From positions 127,134 through 191,133 of IMG/VR virus record IMGVR_UViG_3300032820_000001: 64,000 nt of DNA. One strand, written 5' to 3'. Each line of letters opens with the position of its first letter. Within the stretch, counting starts at the first letter, position 1. A program made the position numbers and the translations under genes. This document shows, piece after piece, positions 1-12,100 of the stretch. This DNA comes from a virus. A model generated the notes under the pieces. The model did not search any database, had not been told where the DNA came from, and saw only the letters and a list, made by a program, of their open reading frames with translations.

Positions 1-2081
1 TGCAGATCTGCTTTGTCCGGCGCCACCCAGTCGTAATCTACTTTGTTGGTTTCTTTCATTCCAAACAGGGAGCTTTTTGTAAAGGGGATATCAAAATAAT
101 ATTGAGAAGCGACGTCCTTCTGTTTTGGAAAAAGAATATCTCCCTCCAAGCATATACCATTAAGACGAGCCAACTCACCGCTTGAAGAAATAAAGCCAAG
201 TGCTGGCAACACGGTGCTTTGAGTTTGAAACATTGTTGCTTCAAATCTGCTGGGGTCGTTAAACGAAATTGTTGGCTTTTTAATTACTGATGCGGCGTAT
301 CGATCCTCAAGGTCATACCTCTCACCATTACTATAGATATTCAGCTTCACGAGCTCATCATCTACGCCAAAACATCTTACGAGATTTCTAAAGGATTTTT
401 CAGTGCCTTTTGAGGTCATTATATATGTGAGATTATTATAGATGTTCTGATAGATTAGGTCTTTTATTTCGCTCAGTTTAAATTCAAGATTGCCGCGAGT
501 GTTTTGATCCATAAATCTTTCGAGCAATGTTGCATCGATAAAAAAGTCCTCAGACTCAAAACCAAGGTTTCTCAAGTTTCTGTTAATAAAATTATACGGA
601 CGTTGTGATCCGCTTGGGTATCCTACATCTTTAATTTTATTTATGTCGGTCAATTGATTCTGAAGCGTGTCCAAATATGATGACATAATTTGTGTTAGCT
701 TCAATATATTTTGTTCTCCGACATCATCTTCTCTAATCCACGAAGGTATTGAATTATATAACGATGCGTTGTTCTGCTGATCGTATACAAGCCCCTTAAC
801 GCGGTTTGTCTCTTTCAACGCAGCGACGTCGGGATGAGTAGAATAAATTATAGGATCTTTAAATTCGGTGAGGGACGCAGAAGATTCTATCATTGCCGAG
901 CCAGTGCTTCGGGCTCCTGCAGAATATCCTGTCCACGTTCCGTTGGAAATTCTCCCTGAAAAATCTAAGACTGTGGAGTCAACTGACGTTCCGACGATGC
1001 CTTCGTTAAATTTGTAATATACTCCCAAGTCAGTATTGGAGGTGTCTGTGTTTGTGCCACCATAAACTTGGGTTGTCCAGTTGAGACCAATCTGCTCGCC
1101 AGTTCTGGTAGTCTTCCAGAAACGAAATTCGTCGAGAGATCCTGAAAATTTGCACCAGCCTGGAGTATTAACGGGGAAGGAGGTTGCACTGTCTGCAGCA
1201 GAAGCACTCATATATGCGCCGATGTTGGCGATGAATGGGCCTTCGATCTCCTGAGTTGTTGCCCCTACGACGGTTCCACTGGAGAGGGTGCCGTCTACAT
1301 GTAAAGAAGCTGTACCATTCGATGAGACTGTGACCGCATAGTGGTGCCAATCTGCATTGGGAATAGAGTTGGTAGCAAACAATCCAGATATTTCATCTGA
1401 ATTTGCTTTATATTGTAGCCCGACGCTATCTGTGGCTTCATCCAAATAAATGCAAAATCTGCCAGAATCTGTGCTTCCGGTTGTGACCATATCGAAGACT
1501 ACTTCATGCGGCTTTGCAAAAGCTGGGACTCTCATCCAAAACTCAACCGTGTTGCCCGCTCCGAGAGTAAGATTTGCTTCTCTGTCATCGTCATCGCTAA
1601 TTATGTTTGCTTTTCCACCATCTGACGGGAAAAGGGAAGCGAGATTATAGGCCGAGGCATCTGTGTTGGGGCCGCCATGTAAAGTTATATATTCTTTGTT
1701 CACTGGCAGACGGTAATTTCCCGTGGCCGATGCCTGGGCTCCCCACCCGTCGTGAGAGATGGAAACATATCCATGAGTTCGTGGGTATTCATTTTCAAAA
1801 AGTTGATTATCTAATCCAGATCCAGAAATGTGCCACTGGAGCTTTTCGTATTTGGATCCATCATAGGGATAGAAATTATATATATTTTTTATTGCTGAAG
1901 TATAATACTCTTCTGCAGAGCCGTATGTAGCAAACGTGGAGGGATCGGCATAATCCATCCTTGGTTCTATCGTGCTTTCAAGTTCTGCTGAAGCATCAAT
2001 AATCTTATAGGATTCTAGGTTTTCCTGCTGAAGTTCTTGCTGTGTCTTTGCTGCCGCTGATCTTTTATTAGTATTGCTCAT
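1..2081 (-). CDS. Large baseplate/tail structural protein with LamG (concanavalin A-like) domain; partial, runs off the left edge (>690 aa)
   Basis: Absent from the ORF track because it has no stop in the window. ATG at 2081 overlaps the TAA of the upstream gene (TAATG). Hand translation of most of the frame found no stop: MSNTNKRS...YGSAEEYY...YPYDGSKYEK, then LamG-type TVEFWMR...WHHYAVTVS...GSLDEFRFW, then a wedge-type SKGTEKSFRNLVRCFGVD motif near 360-420. Confidence 0.8.
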   Translation of the reverse strand, partial: MSNTNKRSAAAKTQQELQQENLESYKIIDASAELESTIEPRMDYADPSTFATYGSAEEYYTSAIKNIYNFYPYDGSKYEKLQWHISGSGLDNQLFENEYPRTHGYVSISHDGWGAQASATGNYRLPVNKEYITLHGGPNTDASAYNLASLFPSDGGKANIISDDDDREANLTLGAGNTVEFWMRVPAFAKPHEVVFDMVTTGSTDSGRFCIYLDEATDSVGLQYKANSDEISGLFATNSIPNADWHHYAVTVSSNGTASLHVDGTLSSGTVVGATTQEIEGPFIANIGAYMSASAADSATSFPVNTPGWCKFSGSLDEFRFWKTTRTGEQIGLNWTTQVYGGTNTDTSNTDLGVYYKFNEGIVGTSVDSTVLDFSGRISNGTWTGYSAGARSTGSAMIESSASLTEFKDPIIYSTHPDVAALKETNRVKGLVYDQQNNASLYNSIPSWIREDDVGEQNILKLTQIMSSYLDTLQNQLTDINKIKDVGYPSGSQRPYNFINRNLRNLGFESEDFFIDATLLERFMDQNTRGNLEFKLSEIKDLIYQNIYNNLTYIMTSKGTEKSFRNLVRCFGVDDELVKLNIYSNGERYDLEDRYAASVIKKPTISFNDPSRFEATMFQTQSTVLPALGFISSSGELARLNGICLEGDILFPKQKDVASQYYFDIPFTKSSLFGMKETNKVDYDWVAPDKADL

Positions 2082-3841
2082 TATTCAACCCTAAATTTAA
2101 AAAGTTCCGGCTGCTCCTCATATCGATCATTAACTTTGTATGCCACCTTAATGCCGTAGGCATAATCTGATTCAAGCATAGATATATCGACATCGAAATA
2201 ATTTCCGTCCTTATCGTAAGACATTCGCGTGTGATTGAGGCTTCCCGTACCATATGGAATAACGTCAAAGCCGTCTGCGACGCGGAAGACTTTAAAATAA
2301 GCATTTTCAATCACTTTTGTTTCAATGTTGGTTGTTGCTACCGTGTAAATTGTTGGATTCCAATCCTTATCTCTAACGAACATTCTCATTCGAGGGCTCT
2401 CAGTTTGAATATACTTTTGTTTTAAATTTGTTATGGTAGATACATACTCTCCCGTATCGACAGCTGTATCCGTCACAAAGCTGCGGACTGATATTCTGCT
2501 TCCCGTGACATATTCGACTGACGCCGAGTGCCACACATCGTAGAGATAAGAGGCGGTGGTGTCGATACACATCTGTGCAGAGTATATTCCGGTGGATACC
2601 CAAGAGCCAGTAGCGTTTGTGGTGCCGCTCACGCATAGGGACATTTTAGAACCAGTTGGTTCTGTCGATCCAGAATATAAACTCACAAGAATACTTCCAG
2701 TTCCGACAGCAGGAATATTCTGTAGCTGTCCTCGAACCCGATTATATATGTATAGTGTATTTAAATTGTCGTCGGCAGGAACCAAAGAACTGGAAGCGTA
2801 GAAGGAATTTCTTCTGTCTTTCTTTGAAGAATCCCATCTGGCCTCGATTTGGGGGCGTAAATAAAAATGTTCAGAGCCGCGAGCAAAGAATTTCTTGATA
2901 TAAAAAGAACGATCCATGTCGGCAAAACTTGAAGAAACAAAAATGCCGACACCATTGCTGGGCTTTGTGCCATCGAGCCACTGCTCAACGAGGGCAGTAA
3001 TATTTACATCGATATCTTGTGGGCCAGTGGTGATGGAGGCGGTATATGCGGGAGTGCTATAATAATCTCCGCCTTCAGAAACCCACCCAGCAGTTGCAGA
3101 AGCCGAGATCCAATTTGAGACCCCTTCATCCGTATATCCCTCCATGTCGAGGCCATAGCCTTCGTCCCAAGCACCAGAGACAGGGACAACTGTTAGGTCA
3201 TAATCCCTGGGTAGGGTTTGGCCATGGGGAGCGTTGTGGACGCGGAGATAGAAATCAACGCTTCCAGAGGCTGGGATGCTCTCTGCGGTTCGGTCTGCAT
3301 CGATGTCCGATATGGGGAAATTTATTAATATCTTAGATTCTTCTCTTCCTCCCGTACCCCCAGCAAAGTTAGTTTCTGTATCTGGAGTTGTATTGTTTAA
3401 GCTTGAAGACAGGGTATTCGAATTTCCAGCTGTTCCAAGTACAATGGATTCGATCTGAACCGAGTAGTTAAATACAGATGCAGTAAAATCTGCGGAGGCT
3501 GAAGTGTTGATTATGGACGAAATGTTTGTTAGGACATCATCCCTGTCGCCGGAAGCATCAAACTCATTGGCCGCAACGGTTGAGCCAGTGGCGACGAATA
3601 TATATGTTTGAGTGCCGGTTAATGTAAAATTTTCAGTACCATCAGTCAAAATTGCGGGGCTCTCTTCATTGACATAAAGCCAATTTTTAGCATTAACTGC
3701 TGGTACTTGATTATATATCGTAAAGGTTTCAATAATATCCGACTCGCCCATATTGGAGTCAGTCCCACGAGTTTGCAAATTTGCTTCGAACGCATTAGTG
3801 ATGGTGTTATCTGCGTCTGCTGTATATCGTTTAAGTGCCAT
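2081..3841 (-). CDS. Virion structural protein with DNRLRE/CBM96-like domain
   Basis: 586 aa, stop/start-coupled to neighbours in the baseplate module. The segment ESKILINF...WDEGYG...W...GGDY...DVNITALVEQWLDG...NGVGI resembles DNRLRE-type domains. Confidence 0.55.
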   Translation of the reverse strand: MALKRYTADADNTITNAFEANLQTRGTDSNMGESDIIETFTIYNQVPAVNAKNWLYVNEESPAILTDGTENFTLTGTQTYIFVATGSTVAANEFDASGDRDDVLTNISSIINTSASADFTASVFNYSVQIESIVLGTAGNSNTLSSSLNNTTPDTETNFAGGTGGREESKILINFPISDIDADRTAESIPASGSVDFYLRVHNAPHGQTLPRDYDLTVVPVSGAWDEGYGLDMEGYTDEGVSNWISASATAGWVSEGGDYYSTPAYTASITTGPQDIDVNITALVEQWLDGTKPSNGVGIFVSSSFADMDRSFYIKKFFARGSEHFYLRPQIEARWDSSKKDRRNSFYASSSLVPADDNLNTLYIYNRVRGQLQNIPAVGTGSILVSLYSGSTEPTGSKMSLCVSGTTNATGSWVSTGIYSAQMCIDTTASYLYDVWHSASVEYVTGSRISVRSFVTDTAVDTGEYVSTITNLKQKYIQTESPRMRMFVRDKDWNPTIYTVATTNIETKVIENAYFKVFRVADGFDVIPYGTGSLNHTRMSYDKDGNYFDVDISMLESDYAYGIKVAYKVNDRYEEQPELFKFRVE

Positions 3842-5637
3842 TATCTAACCGCTCCCTTGATGTCTAAAGTGGGGTATTTAATTTCATAAACCGCATTGCG
3901 AGGAATGATGATAGACCTTCCATCGTCAGACAGGTTTTCTGTCATGTCAAAAGAAATGCCACTATAGCCGGAGCCGTACTTTGTAGATATATTAACATCA
4001 ACGACGTCGATGACGCCATCAACATCTTTAAGAACTTTATAGGCATCCGTTATATAAAATGCTTCTCCAATTTCTGCTTTATTATTATTGTAGAGCTGAG
4101 AAAGGGCGCCTATACATCCTTGGAGGGTGATGTTTTTATCTTTGTCTAAGTCCCCAACGACTGTGAAATTAACTCCTAAATTAATAATTTTGGCATCGGT
4201 AATCTCGATTACGTCGCTCACCATTCGGCCTTTGTCTAGCCAAGTTTTTAAATTATCTTTTAGAACGGTGCTTGATTCTATAAAATAACCACTTTTATCT
4301 TCAGATATAATAGCTATATTTAAATTTCCTCGACGTGGATTGGGATTCTTTATTGCCTTCGCTCTCTTAATCGCGCCGAACCTTGCTGGCATCGAGTAAG
4401 TCATTGTTTCATAATCCTTAAGCGTTACCGCTCTGCGTTGGTTTGAAAAAGAATTCATAACTCTCCGTCGGAGTTCTTCGACATCGGAACTTGAAACAGA
4501 ACCAACAATTGGGTTTCCATTTGTTACTTCAACAGAATCTCGAACAGTGGCCACCTCTGATGGAGATAGAGATGCGATATCTTGAAATTCAATTGTGGGG
4601 TTTGAAATGTTTACCAGAGTGTTCGTACTGATATTTACATCCTTCTTTGTGTTTCTCAAATAAGTGATAGTTAGTTGCGTGTTCGCTGGTGATACCCCAA
4701 GCGTGTCCGAAGAAAGCAATTTGCTAGGATCCATTTCAACATCTGTAATGTAGGCTTTTGCGTACATTTTCATTGCAACGGAAGAGGGATCTAAAACTCT
4801 CTCGTTAGAATCACTCTCCTCTAGTCCTGAGCCGAATTGAATCTTTGCGCCGGCGGCTGTTTGGTCCGAGGTAAATCTACGTGGAACCACCATTGGTTTT
4901 AAAAGCTCTGGTGTCAACTCTCTGGTGTTGGCGTCTCTGTTCGCGGTGGCGCGAAATATAATATTTTGAGTTAGGTAATCAACCTCATAATATTCGTGGC
5001 CGTCGGCATCGACGATAGAAATGATTTCTGTTAAGTTGGAGTCCTCAACCAATTCCTCTCTGTATTTTTCAAAGTCGCCGACTGAAATGGTAGTAGAAGC
5101 AACATCCCCAGAAGAAACTGCTCCATAGTTTTTGATGGCAAAGTACGTCGCTGCGCCGGTGGTGGGATTTGTTCTGGCAACTACAGTGTCACCAGCGGTG
5201 AAGTTCACGTCCTCGTTGAGAACAAAACGTGCGCCGGAATTGCTCGACATGGTTGTTCCCTTTTTTATAATGGGGATATATCTCGCATCAGGGGCGACTG
5301 CAGTAGAGTCTGCGGGAACCATTACAAAAAACGTAGCAATTCCTTGAGAAGACGGGTTTCTTTTCAGTTTAAATCCCGTTTGTTTTCCGAGACTCACAAG
5401 GTTGTTAAATTCAGATGCCGTATCCACAAAGCTTTCACTTGCTTGATAGTCGGCATAAAAGGAAATGATATCTCCAATATAAGCTACAGTGTCCAACATT
5501 AAAGAACCAAAGCCAGCTTCGTTGAAGTCTTGAAATGTGTCTGGGTAATATCTCTTTGCGTGGTCCACCAAATCTTGCTTAATAGTCTCGAAATCTCGAC
5601 TGGTATAATTTATGGGAACATTCTTGAGTTTTGTCAT
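3841..5637 (-). CDS. Baseplate wedge subunit (T4 gp6 / baseplate J-like)
   Basis: 598 aa. N-terminus INYTSRDFETIKQDLVDHAKRYYPDTFQDFNEAGFGSLMLDTVAYIGD and C-terminal RAVTLKDYE are typical gp6-like motifs. Adjacent to a gp25-like gene. Confidence 0.9.
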   Translation of the reverse strand: MTKLKNVPINYTSRDFETIKQDLVDHAKRYYPDTFQDFNEAGFGSLMLDTVAYIGDIISFYADYQASESFVDTASEFNNLVSLGKQTGFKLKRNPSSQGIATFFVMVPADSTAVAPDARYIPIIKKGTTMSSNSGARFVLNEDVNFTAGDTVVARTNPTTGAATYFAIKNYGAVSSGDVASTTISVGDFEKYREELVEDSNLTEIISIVDADGHEYYEVDYLTQNIIFRATANRDANTRELTPELLKPMVVPRRFTSDQTAAGAKIQFGSGLEESDSNERVLDPSSVAMKMYAKAYITDVEMDPSKLLSSDTLGVSPANTQLTITYLRNTKKDVNISTNTLVNISNPTIEFQDIASLSPSEVATVRDSVEVTNGNPIVGSVSSSDVEELRRRVMNSFSNQRRAVTLKDYETMTYSMPARFGAIKRAKAIKNPNPRRGNLNIAIISEDKSGYFIESSTVLKDNLKTWLDKGRMVSDVIEITDAKIINLGVNFTVVGDLDKDKNITLQGCIGALSQLYNNNKAEIGEAFYITDAYKVLKDVDGVIDVVDVNISTKYGSGYSGISFDMTENLSDDGRSIIIPRNAVYEIKYPTLDIKGAVR

Positions 5638-5659
5638 TTAGCGGTTCTCCTGCCTATTT

Positions 5660-5667
5660 TAAATAGT
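5660..5667 (-). promoter_or_regulatory. Candidate late-promoter motif ACTATTTA
   Basis: Lies 23 nt upstream of the baseplate wedge start; one of ten similar motifs upstream of minus-strand starts. Confidence 0.55.
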
Positions 5668-5690
5668 TGAAAACTAAAAGTTTCACATCA

Positions 5691-6092
5691 TTAACTTATC
5701 ATATAGCCATTGGCATCAAAAGATAGGTTAATAAATTCATCAATAGCCAGTGATGGTACGGTGTAAAACATCCTCACAGTAAGGCTGTTCGAATCCTCTC
5801 CAGGTTCAACCAGAATATTATTCAACTTAATAAAGGGCATATATTTATTGAGCTGTCGGGCGGTGGCCTCTTTAATCTCCGGGGCGCTGGAAACTGCGTT
5901 TTCGAACAAGAACCTCTGAATACCTACACCAAAAGAAGTATCCATCATCCGTTCGCCGGGGATTGTCAAAATAAGATTCTTAAAGTTTTGACGAATAAGG
6001 TCAGCATAATTATCTATATGTTTGTATTCTAATTCCCCGCTCTCGCTCAGTGGGAGTGCCGGGGTTAAAATTTTTGTCGCGTCATTTGCCAT
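5691..6092 (-). CDS. Baseplate wedge protein gp25-like (GPW/gp25 family)
   Basis: IRQNFKNLILTIPGERMMDTSFGVGIQRFLFE is the characteristic gp25 motif. The start may be 6098 or 6092. Confidence 0.9.
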   Translation of the reverse strand: MANDATKILTPALPLSESGELEYKHIDNYADLIRQNFKNLILTIPGERMMDTSFGVGIQRFLFENAVSSAPEIKEATARQLNKYMPFIKLNNILVEPGEDSNSLTVRMFYTVPSLAIDEFINLSFDANGYMIS

Positions 6093-6110
6093 ATTCAATA
6101 CCTCTATTAA

Positions 6111-6118
6111 TAAATACT
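6111..6118 (-). promoter_or_regulatory. Candidate late-promoter motif AGTATTTA
   Basis: Immediately upstream of the gp25-like gene. Confidence 0.55.
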
Positions 6119-9100
6119 AACACTCTGAAGAAGATACATCAATAATCGTATCGTTAAACGTTTTTGGTACGGGGCATTTGCTGCCGTCTTGACCATCAAC
6201 GGGATCTGAACTTTCCTGTGAACCTTCATCGGTGTCGTCGCACGTCAGCTCTCCGTTGGCGTTAAGGCCAATACTCTGCAAAAGCATTTGCCCATTAGGA
6301 TCTTCTAACAATAAATCTAGTAAGCGCGGTAGATCCCTTATCAGCCAAATGAGTGGCATTACAAGCAGGTAATACCAAAAGCCAAATGGTGTGGGCGGAA
6401 AAGGAGGAGAGCCAAATGCACATGGGGCAAAAGTTACCAGAGTGGCAACGCCGCCTTCAACCGTTATCCCATTAAGAACAAAGTGAGTTCCTATTGGGTT
6501 TTCCGGTGAATTTGGCAATGTCAGATCATCAATAAGTCTAGTTCCTGGCCATGTTGGTACTTCTATACACTTTAATTCAAAATCATTAAGTGGATCGGGA
6601 ACGTTTTCCCATCTCCATATCGGATTGATTGGCATATTCATCACATCCATTATGCTTGTAGTTATAAAAACGTGAGGATCGAATGTTTTTGTCCAACCAC
6701 GGAACGTTAAGAGGGGGGCGAGAATGAACATCAATAGGGCCTGCGGGTTGTTCATAAAATTGCCTAAATCTGGTAGAAGGGCTCCAAAGTCTGGGGATTT
6801 ACTTGAGGTCACATCGGTATTACACGGATCTGCACTTGGGCCGTCCTTCCAAAGCCACACAAACATATCAAGAATTGCCTTTTTTGTACCGTTGAAGGCT
6901 CTGGACATTAATTGATTTTCGGCAACGAGGAGTGTGTATATGAGAACCAGAGAAGATACGTCCCGAAGATCAAAACAATAATCAAACATTATCTTAAAAT
7001 TATCATCGGCAACAAGTGCCTTTTCCATGTGTCCTTGTATTTGAAATTTAATTGTGGCGCCTGAGACGTCGCTTTTGTCGGGGTTTTTAGCTAGCGCGTG
7101 GACGTGCTTCACATTTTCGTCTGGGCCTGTAAGTGGGACGACAGTATAATTAAAGATCCCATGAGTGTGTGGTGGCCCGGAGCCTTGGGTAGATGTGGTT
7201 CTGCCATTTCCGTTCTCGTCAATTTCATACTGGTGATAGTGGCCATCGCCCTCGGTGGTGACACCACTGCTTGGATAAAGTGCCCTGTCCTCGCATGCGG
7301 TGCCGTCAAGATTTATATCAAGGTTTTCCTTAACACTCTCCCAATCTTCTTCGATGAGGGAGAGGATAACCTCTTGATCATTATATGAATAAGATAAAGA
7401 AATCCCAATTCGGTCGATGTCATCTTCGTTATTTTTGTTAATAAAGTAATTTTCAATCTTTTCGCCATTAGGGAATCGCTTGGTGGGCTTCGTAACCATG
7501 TAATTTTTTACATTAAGGTTCGCAGATTCAACCTTGGCATATCTGATGATATCATCATACATATTTTTATTCACGCCGTCAGCGGAAGAGTCCTGCTTGT
7601 CAATACATTTTCCATGCACAACCTCTTTTATTCTGTTCGCAACAAAATCAAATTCATCCTCTAAGAAATATCCCATTGCATCTTCCCAATTAGATCGGAA
7701 AGATTCTTCATCCAGAGAAGACTCATCAATGTGCCCAGTGTCTGCAAGATAATTAAATTGCTGCACAATCTTTGCTTTTACGCCGTTGGGGTTGTCTCCG
7801 GTTAAGAAAAGGCCCATATCCCGCTTAAGATTCTTGATAATAAATTCTTTTATGACCGCATCTTTCTTACTAAAGAACAGCTGGGAAAATGGAATGATTC
7901 CTCTTAAAATTAAATCTACAAGATAAATTCGTGCCAGAATTCTCGGAACAGAAGTTTTTAAAGCTTTGTATAGGGGCGCCTCGTCTAGTTTGTCGGGGCA
8001 TGATAAAAGGGTAGAGTAATCTTCGGACACCTGCTCTGAGAACGACTCCATATCGATAAGGCGTGGGGTGGTGTTGATTTTTATAAAGTTTAGTCCAACT
8101 AATTCTCCGCCATGGCCATCGTTAGTGCCTGGAACCGTTTTCAGAAGGGGAGAGTCGGAAACCTTAAATAGCATTGCCGTAAGTGCTTCTCGATAGATAT
8201 TATCATATACCGTGGTTTTAAGATCTTCTGGACTTAACTGTAAGTTAGGTGATGTTTGATTGACCACAAATTCAAATACATTTTCTTGAGGAGTATATTT
8301 TAAATTATCGGGGAGATCATCATCGCACTCGGCGTTGGCGCCCTCGTCATACCCAGCATCAGCTATCTTCTTTCGGAGATCCGCAGATAGGGAAAAGTCA
8401 ATGGAAGCATCAAAAGAGAAGGGATCTGCTCCCTTTTTCTCAAATTTTACTGATTTCTTTCCGTCGAGGGCCGAGCCATATCTTGTTCCGTGGGTTATTG
8501 TAGAGTAACTATCCTCAAGAAGAGTTGCGATGCCCTGCAGGTGTGTGGGGGCGCTGAGTAAGCTAGTTTTAGATTTGGAAAGGATGTTTTTATACCCGCG
8601 ATTGGAGGTCGTGTTTGTCCTGTCGGCAAAATAAGCTGCGGAATCACCAGAGAGATCATCAGACATAGAAAAATTTAAATTTGCTTTTTCTAGAGCCTTA
8701 GTAGATTCGCCGCCGAGCTTAACAACTGGTTCTGCCACAGTCGCATATTCTTCAGTATAATCAGTATAAGGGCCAAGAGCTTTGCCTGGGCCAAGATTTC
8801 TAACATCTTCATCTTCTTGAACCGATCTTGGTGGGCGCTTCTCTGGCCAACCCCAGGCAAACCAGTCAGTTTCTACGACACCGCCTGCCTTGGTGCCGTC
8901 GATTTGGCCAAGAAAATTTGTTGGCACAAAACCTTGATCAACGACAGTGCGAAACTCAGGGTTGATCTGAGTCTCTTCTATCTCTATAACTTTCGAAACC
9001 ATTTTGTTGCTGGCGTTATCATACACGTCTCTGTGGATTTTCTCCTCTTTCCAAAATACCTTTTTGATTTGGCGAGTTTTTTCATCTACGGAGGTTAATC

Positions 9101-12100
9101 CCAAGCGGTAAAGAAGAAGATCACTATCATAAGCTAACAGAACTGAAGAAAAAACATCTGAAATTGTTTTACTTAGTGCTCTCTTTTCAAAATCCGAGAG
9201 AGGTGTTGGGGTGGGACAGGCATTGGGAGAGGTGGAATTTTCCGAAAAATCAAAAATCCTCTGAGCGAGGGCTTTTGCTTTTGCGGCGGCCATGGGAGAT
9301 AACCCTTGGCCATACACATCTCTAAAGTTTTTGCCCGGTGGGCAGGGATCATCAGATACCGGAAAGTTTGCAGAAAGAATGTCTGCCATCTGTGTCAATT
9401 GATTTATGGCTGCTCTTGCGCCCAGAGCCTCACCAAAAGAGCCAAAAATAGTGGGAATGGTATTAATGTTCACGGTGGATGAAGATTTAGTAAAATTGTC
9501 TCTAACAATATCTTTAACCTTTCCTATGACTGCATCAGAAGCGGTGCCACCTAAAAGCTGTAGGGATTCGTCAGGCTCAAGTGTATCTGTTGTTTTCCTA
9601 ATAATTTCTATAGTAGTGTTTCGATCCAAGAGCGAGGTGCTTGTGTCCTGTATCGATAATTGTAAATCTGGCTCTCCTGGGCCGCCGGGGTAGGCATAAG
9701 TTTCTTCAGCAGCGAATGCTTCTTCGGACCACACGACGTCGCCAAGGTTAAGTGTTACGGGGGTTCCGGGGGCTCCCGCAACACCGCCGGCGCCTGTCAC
9801 CTTTACTGACGATTTGACGAACTCCATGGACTCTTCTGTGAAGTTATAAAGATCCTTCATTAAGTCATCCCCTGCTTCGCCACGCAGGAGCTTCAGGAGA
9901 GAATTATCACCCATTGCATCACCAAACGCATCGTTCCATGCAGCGCCCACATCGCCGCCTGCAAGGGCGCCCTTTGTGAGACCTTGCAATAGTTGCTTCC
10001 AGTTTTGGCAATTTAATATATACTCCTCCAGCATATCTAAAAGAAAGTCAGAGAGGGTTTTTATCAAATTCGTTATAACGGTTTTCTCAATAAACATGCC
10101 AACATTCAGATATGGGTCTTTGGCAAACTTTGGCATCTTAAACATATTTTTAATGTCTTCAATAGTGGCTTCTGGGTCCATACCAAATTCAACAAGGTCG
10201 TTGATAAACTTTACAATCATCGCGCAGAGCTTTGCCAAGTCGACATTTCTATTAAGTATGTCAATGAATTTGTCTTCGTCAGCGAGCTTAAAAAGCCGGG
10301 CAACAATAATAAATTGATCGCTATTCTTCATGGCCGCAACGGATTTTGCCGGTGAGGGCTCAGAGCTACTGGTGAAGGTCGATGGGTTATTTGAGGTGAC
10401 ACTAAGTGGTGTTAAATCAATTGAAGATATTCTATCTATGATTTGGCCCTCGACATCATCAATTGCTCCAGTAGAAAGACGGTCTCCTACGGAATCGCCC
10501 ATGCGCCACCAAGCAGACGCCTTTACAGAAAGGCCGTAGGAATTTAAATTCTTATCACTTTCAATTTTAGCCAACGTTCTCCAGTCTTCGTTTGGTAGAA
10601 CATAGGGGAAAATACAAATTTCGTCGATTTGTCCGGCGAAGCCCTTCGAGCTTTTGGTGGCCTTCTCAGATGCAACAATAATTTTAGATCCCGGATCTTT
10701 TACAGCAAGTGGGCCTCGTATTCTGGATCCTCTTATTAGTTTTGTTTTAACTTCGCGGCCGTCGATGATCAATACAAGTTCGCCAATTGATCCAACCCAA
10801 GAAAAGCCAATCTGGTGGAACTTTCCATCAAATATGTCGGCTTCGCCAGAGGAAGAATACTCGGCGGTTTTGCCATCTGCGGATTTCAAAACTACACTAA
10901 TATTTCCTTTACTTGTTTTCTTTATTGCGAAAGTGTCTTCATGGGAGAAAATGAATTTTGTGTATCCTGCGTTGACTTCTCGCTGGTTTGGTATCCCATT
11001 GGCTATGTTTGCCATCGTGGTTGTTCTAACGAGGAGAGAAACAGAAAATTTATCTGGGCCGTTGGTGTATAAATCCTTGGGGTCGAAATCTCCCGATTTT
11101 AAAAGGCCGTCGCCATTAAAGGAAACAGCCTTAAAATTATAGCCCTCTGATACGGCTTCGTCCCACTGCTCTAGGGCCGCCATGATTCCATTCCTATCAT
11201 CGAACACATCTAGGTTGGCAAAGTTCTCAACCATATCTCTAGTTCGCCAAAGGCCAATCCACTTAATTATCTCTTTGCAGTCTGAGGGCATCAGACATTC
11301 TATAATTCTTTTGGGAAGGGTGTTGGGACAAACCTTTGAAATAAATGGATCTAACAGGGCCTCTTTCCAGATCTTCCCGTAATCCATTTCGCCAACGCCT
11401 TTGAACATTCCGCTTCCGACATCTAACATTCCACCAAAGGAACTCCCTAAGCCAGCTTTTGGAACCTTAATTACTTTACCCTCCAACAAAGTCAGTGCAT
11501 TCCCATATTTATCATAACTCTCTTTAAACGTAGCCTCTAGGCCCTTGTTTAAACCAAGTAATCCTTCGCCTGTAAATGAATAGTCTCTTGACAGAATCGC
11601 CAAAGGTGAGTCCTTGCGGTTTTCTTCTCGTTCCGCGAAGCCGGGTGATATCTTCTCCCTCTCCTTGAGACTCCTTTCCGACAATTGAGGTGTGCCATGG
11701 CCTCCGGCAATTATCCACTCCGCCTCTTTAGGTTTGCCAAGGCCGAGATATTCCTTTTCTCCGGCGTCATCAATGGATAGATATTTTATCATTGAATCCT
11801 TTGGGCTTACGATATAATCATTCGCCATAAAATCTATCGCTGTCTCTTGGGCTGCGTCCACAGTGCCTTTAACAACTTTGCTGAATGCGGATACATCTGT
11901 CTTTGTTTCGTTGGCTCGTTTTTCTTTTTTCTCGATTTCCGTTCCTGGGGCGTTCATTATGTTCGGGCGCTGGAACTGTTTTGAGAATTTAATATAATCA
12001 GTATAGGAATTGGAGGTTAGGGCTGCCAATCCAGCTGGGAGGTTTGCCATCCAAGAGTTTGGATTTAGACATTCACTATATTCCTCTTTCCCGAAAAATG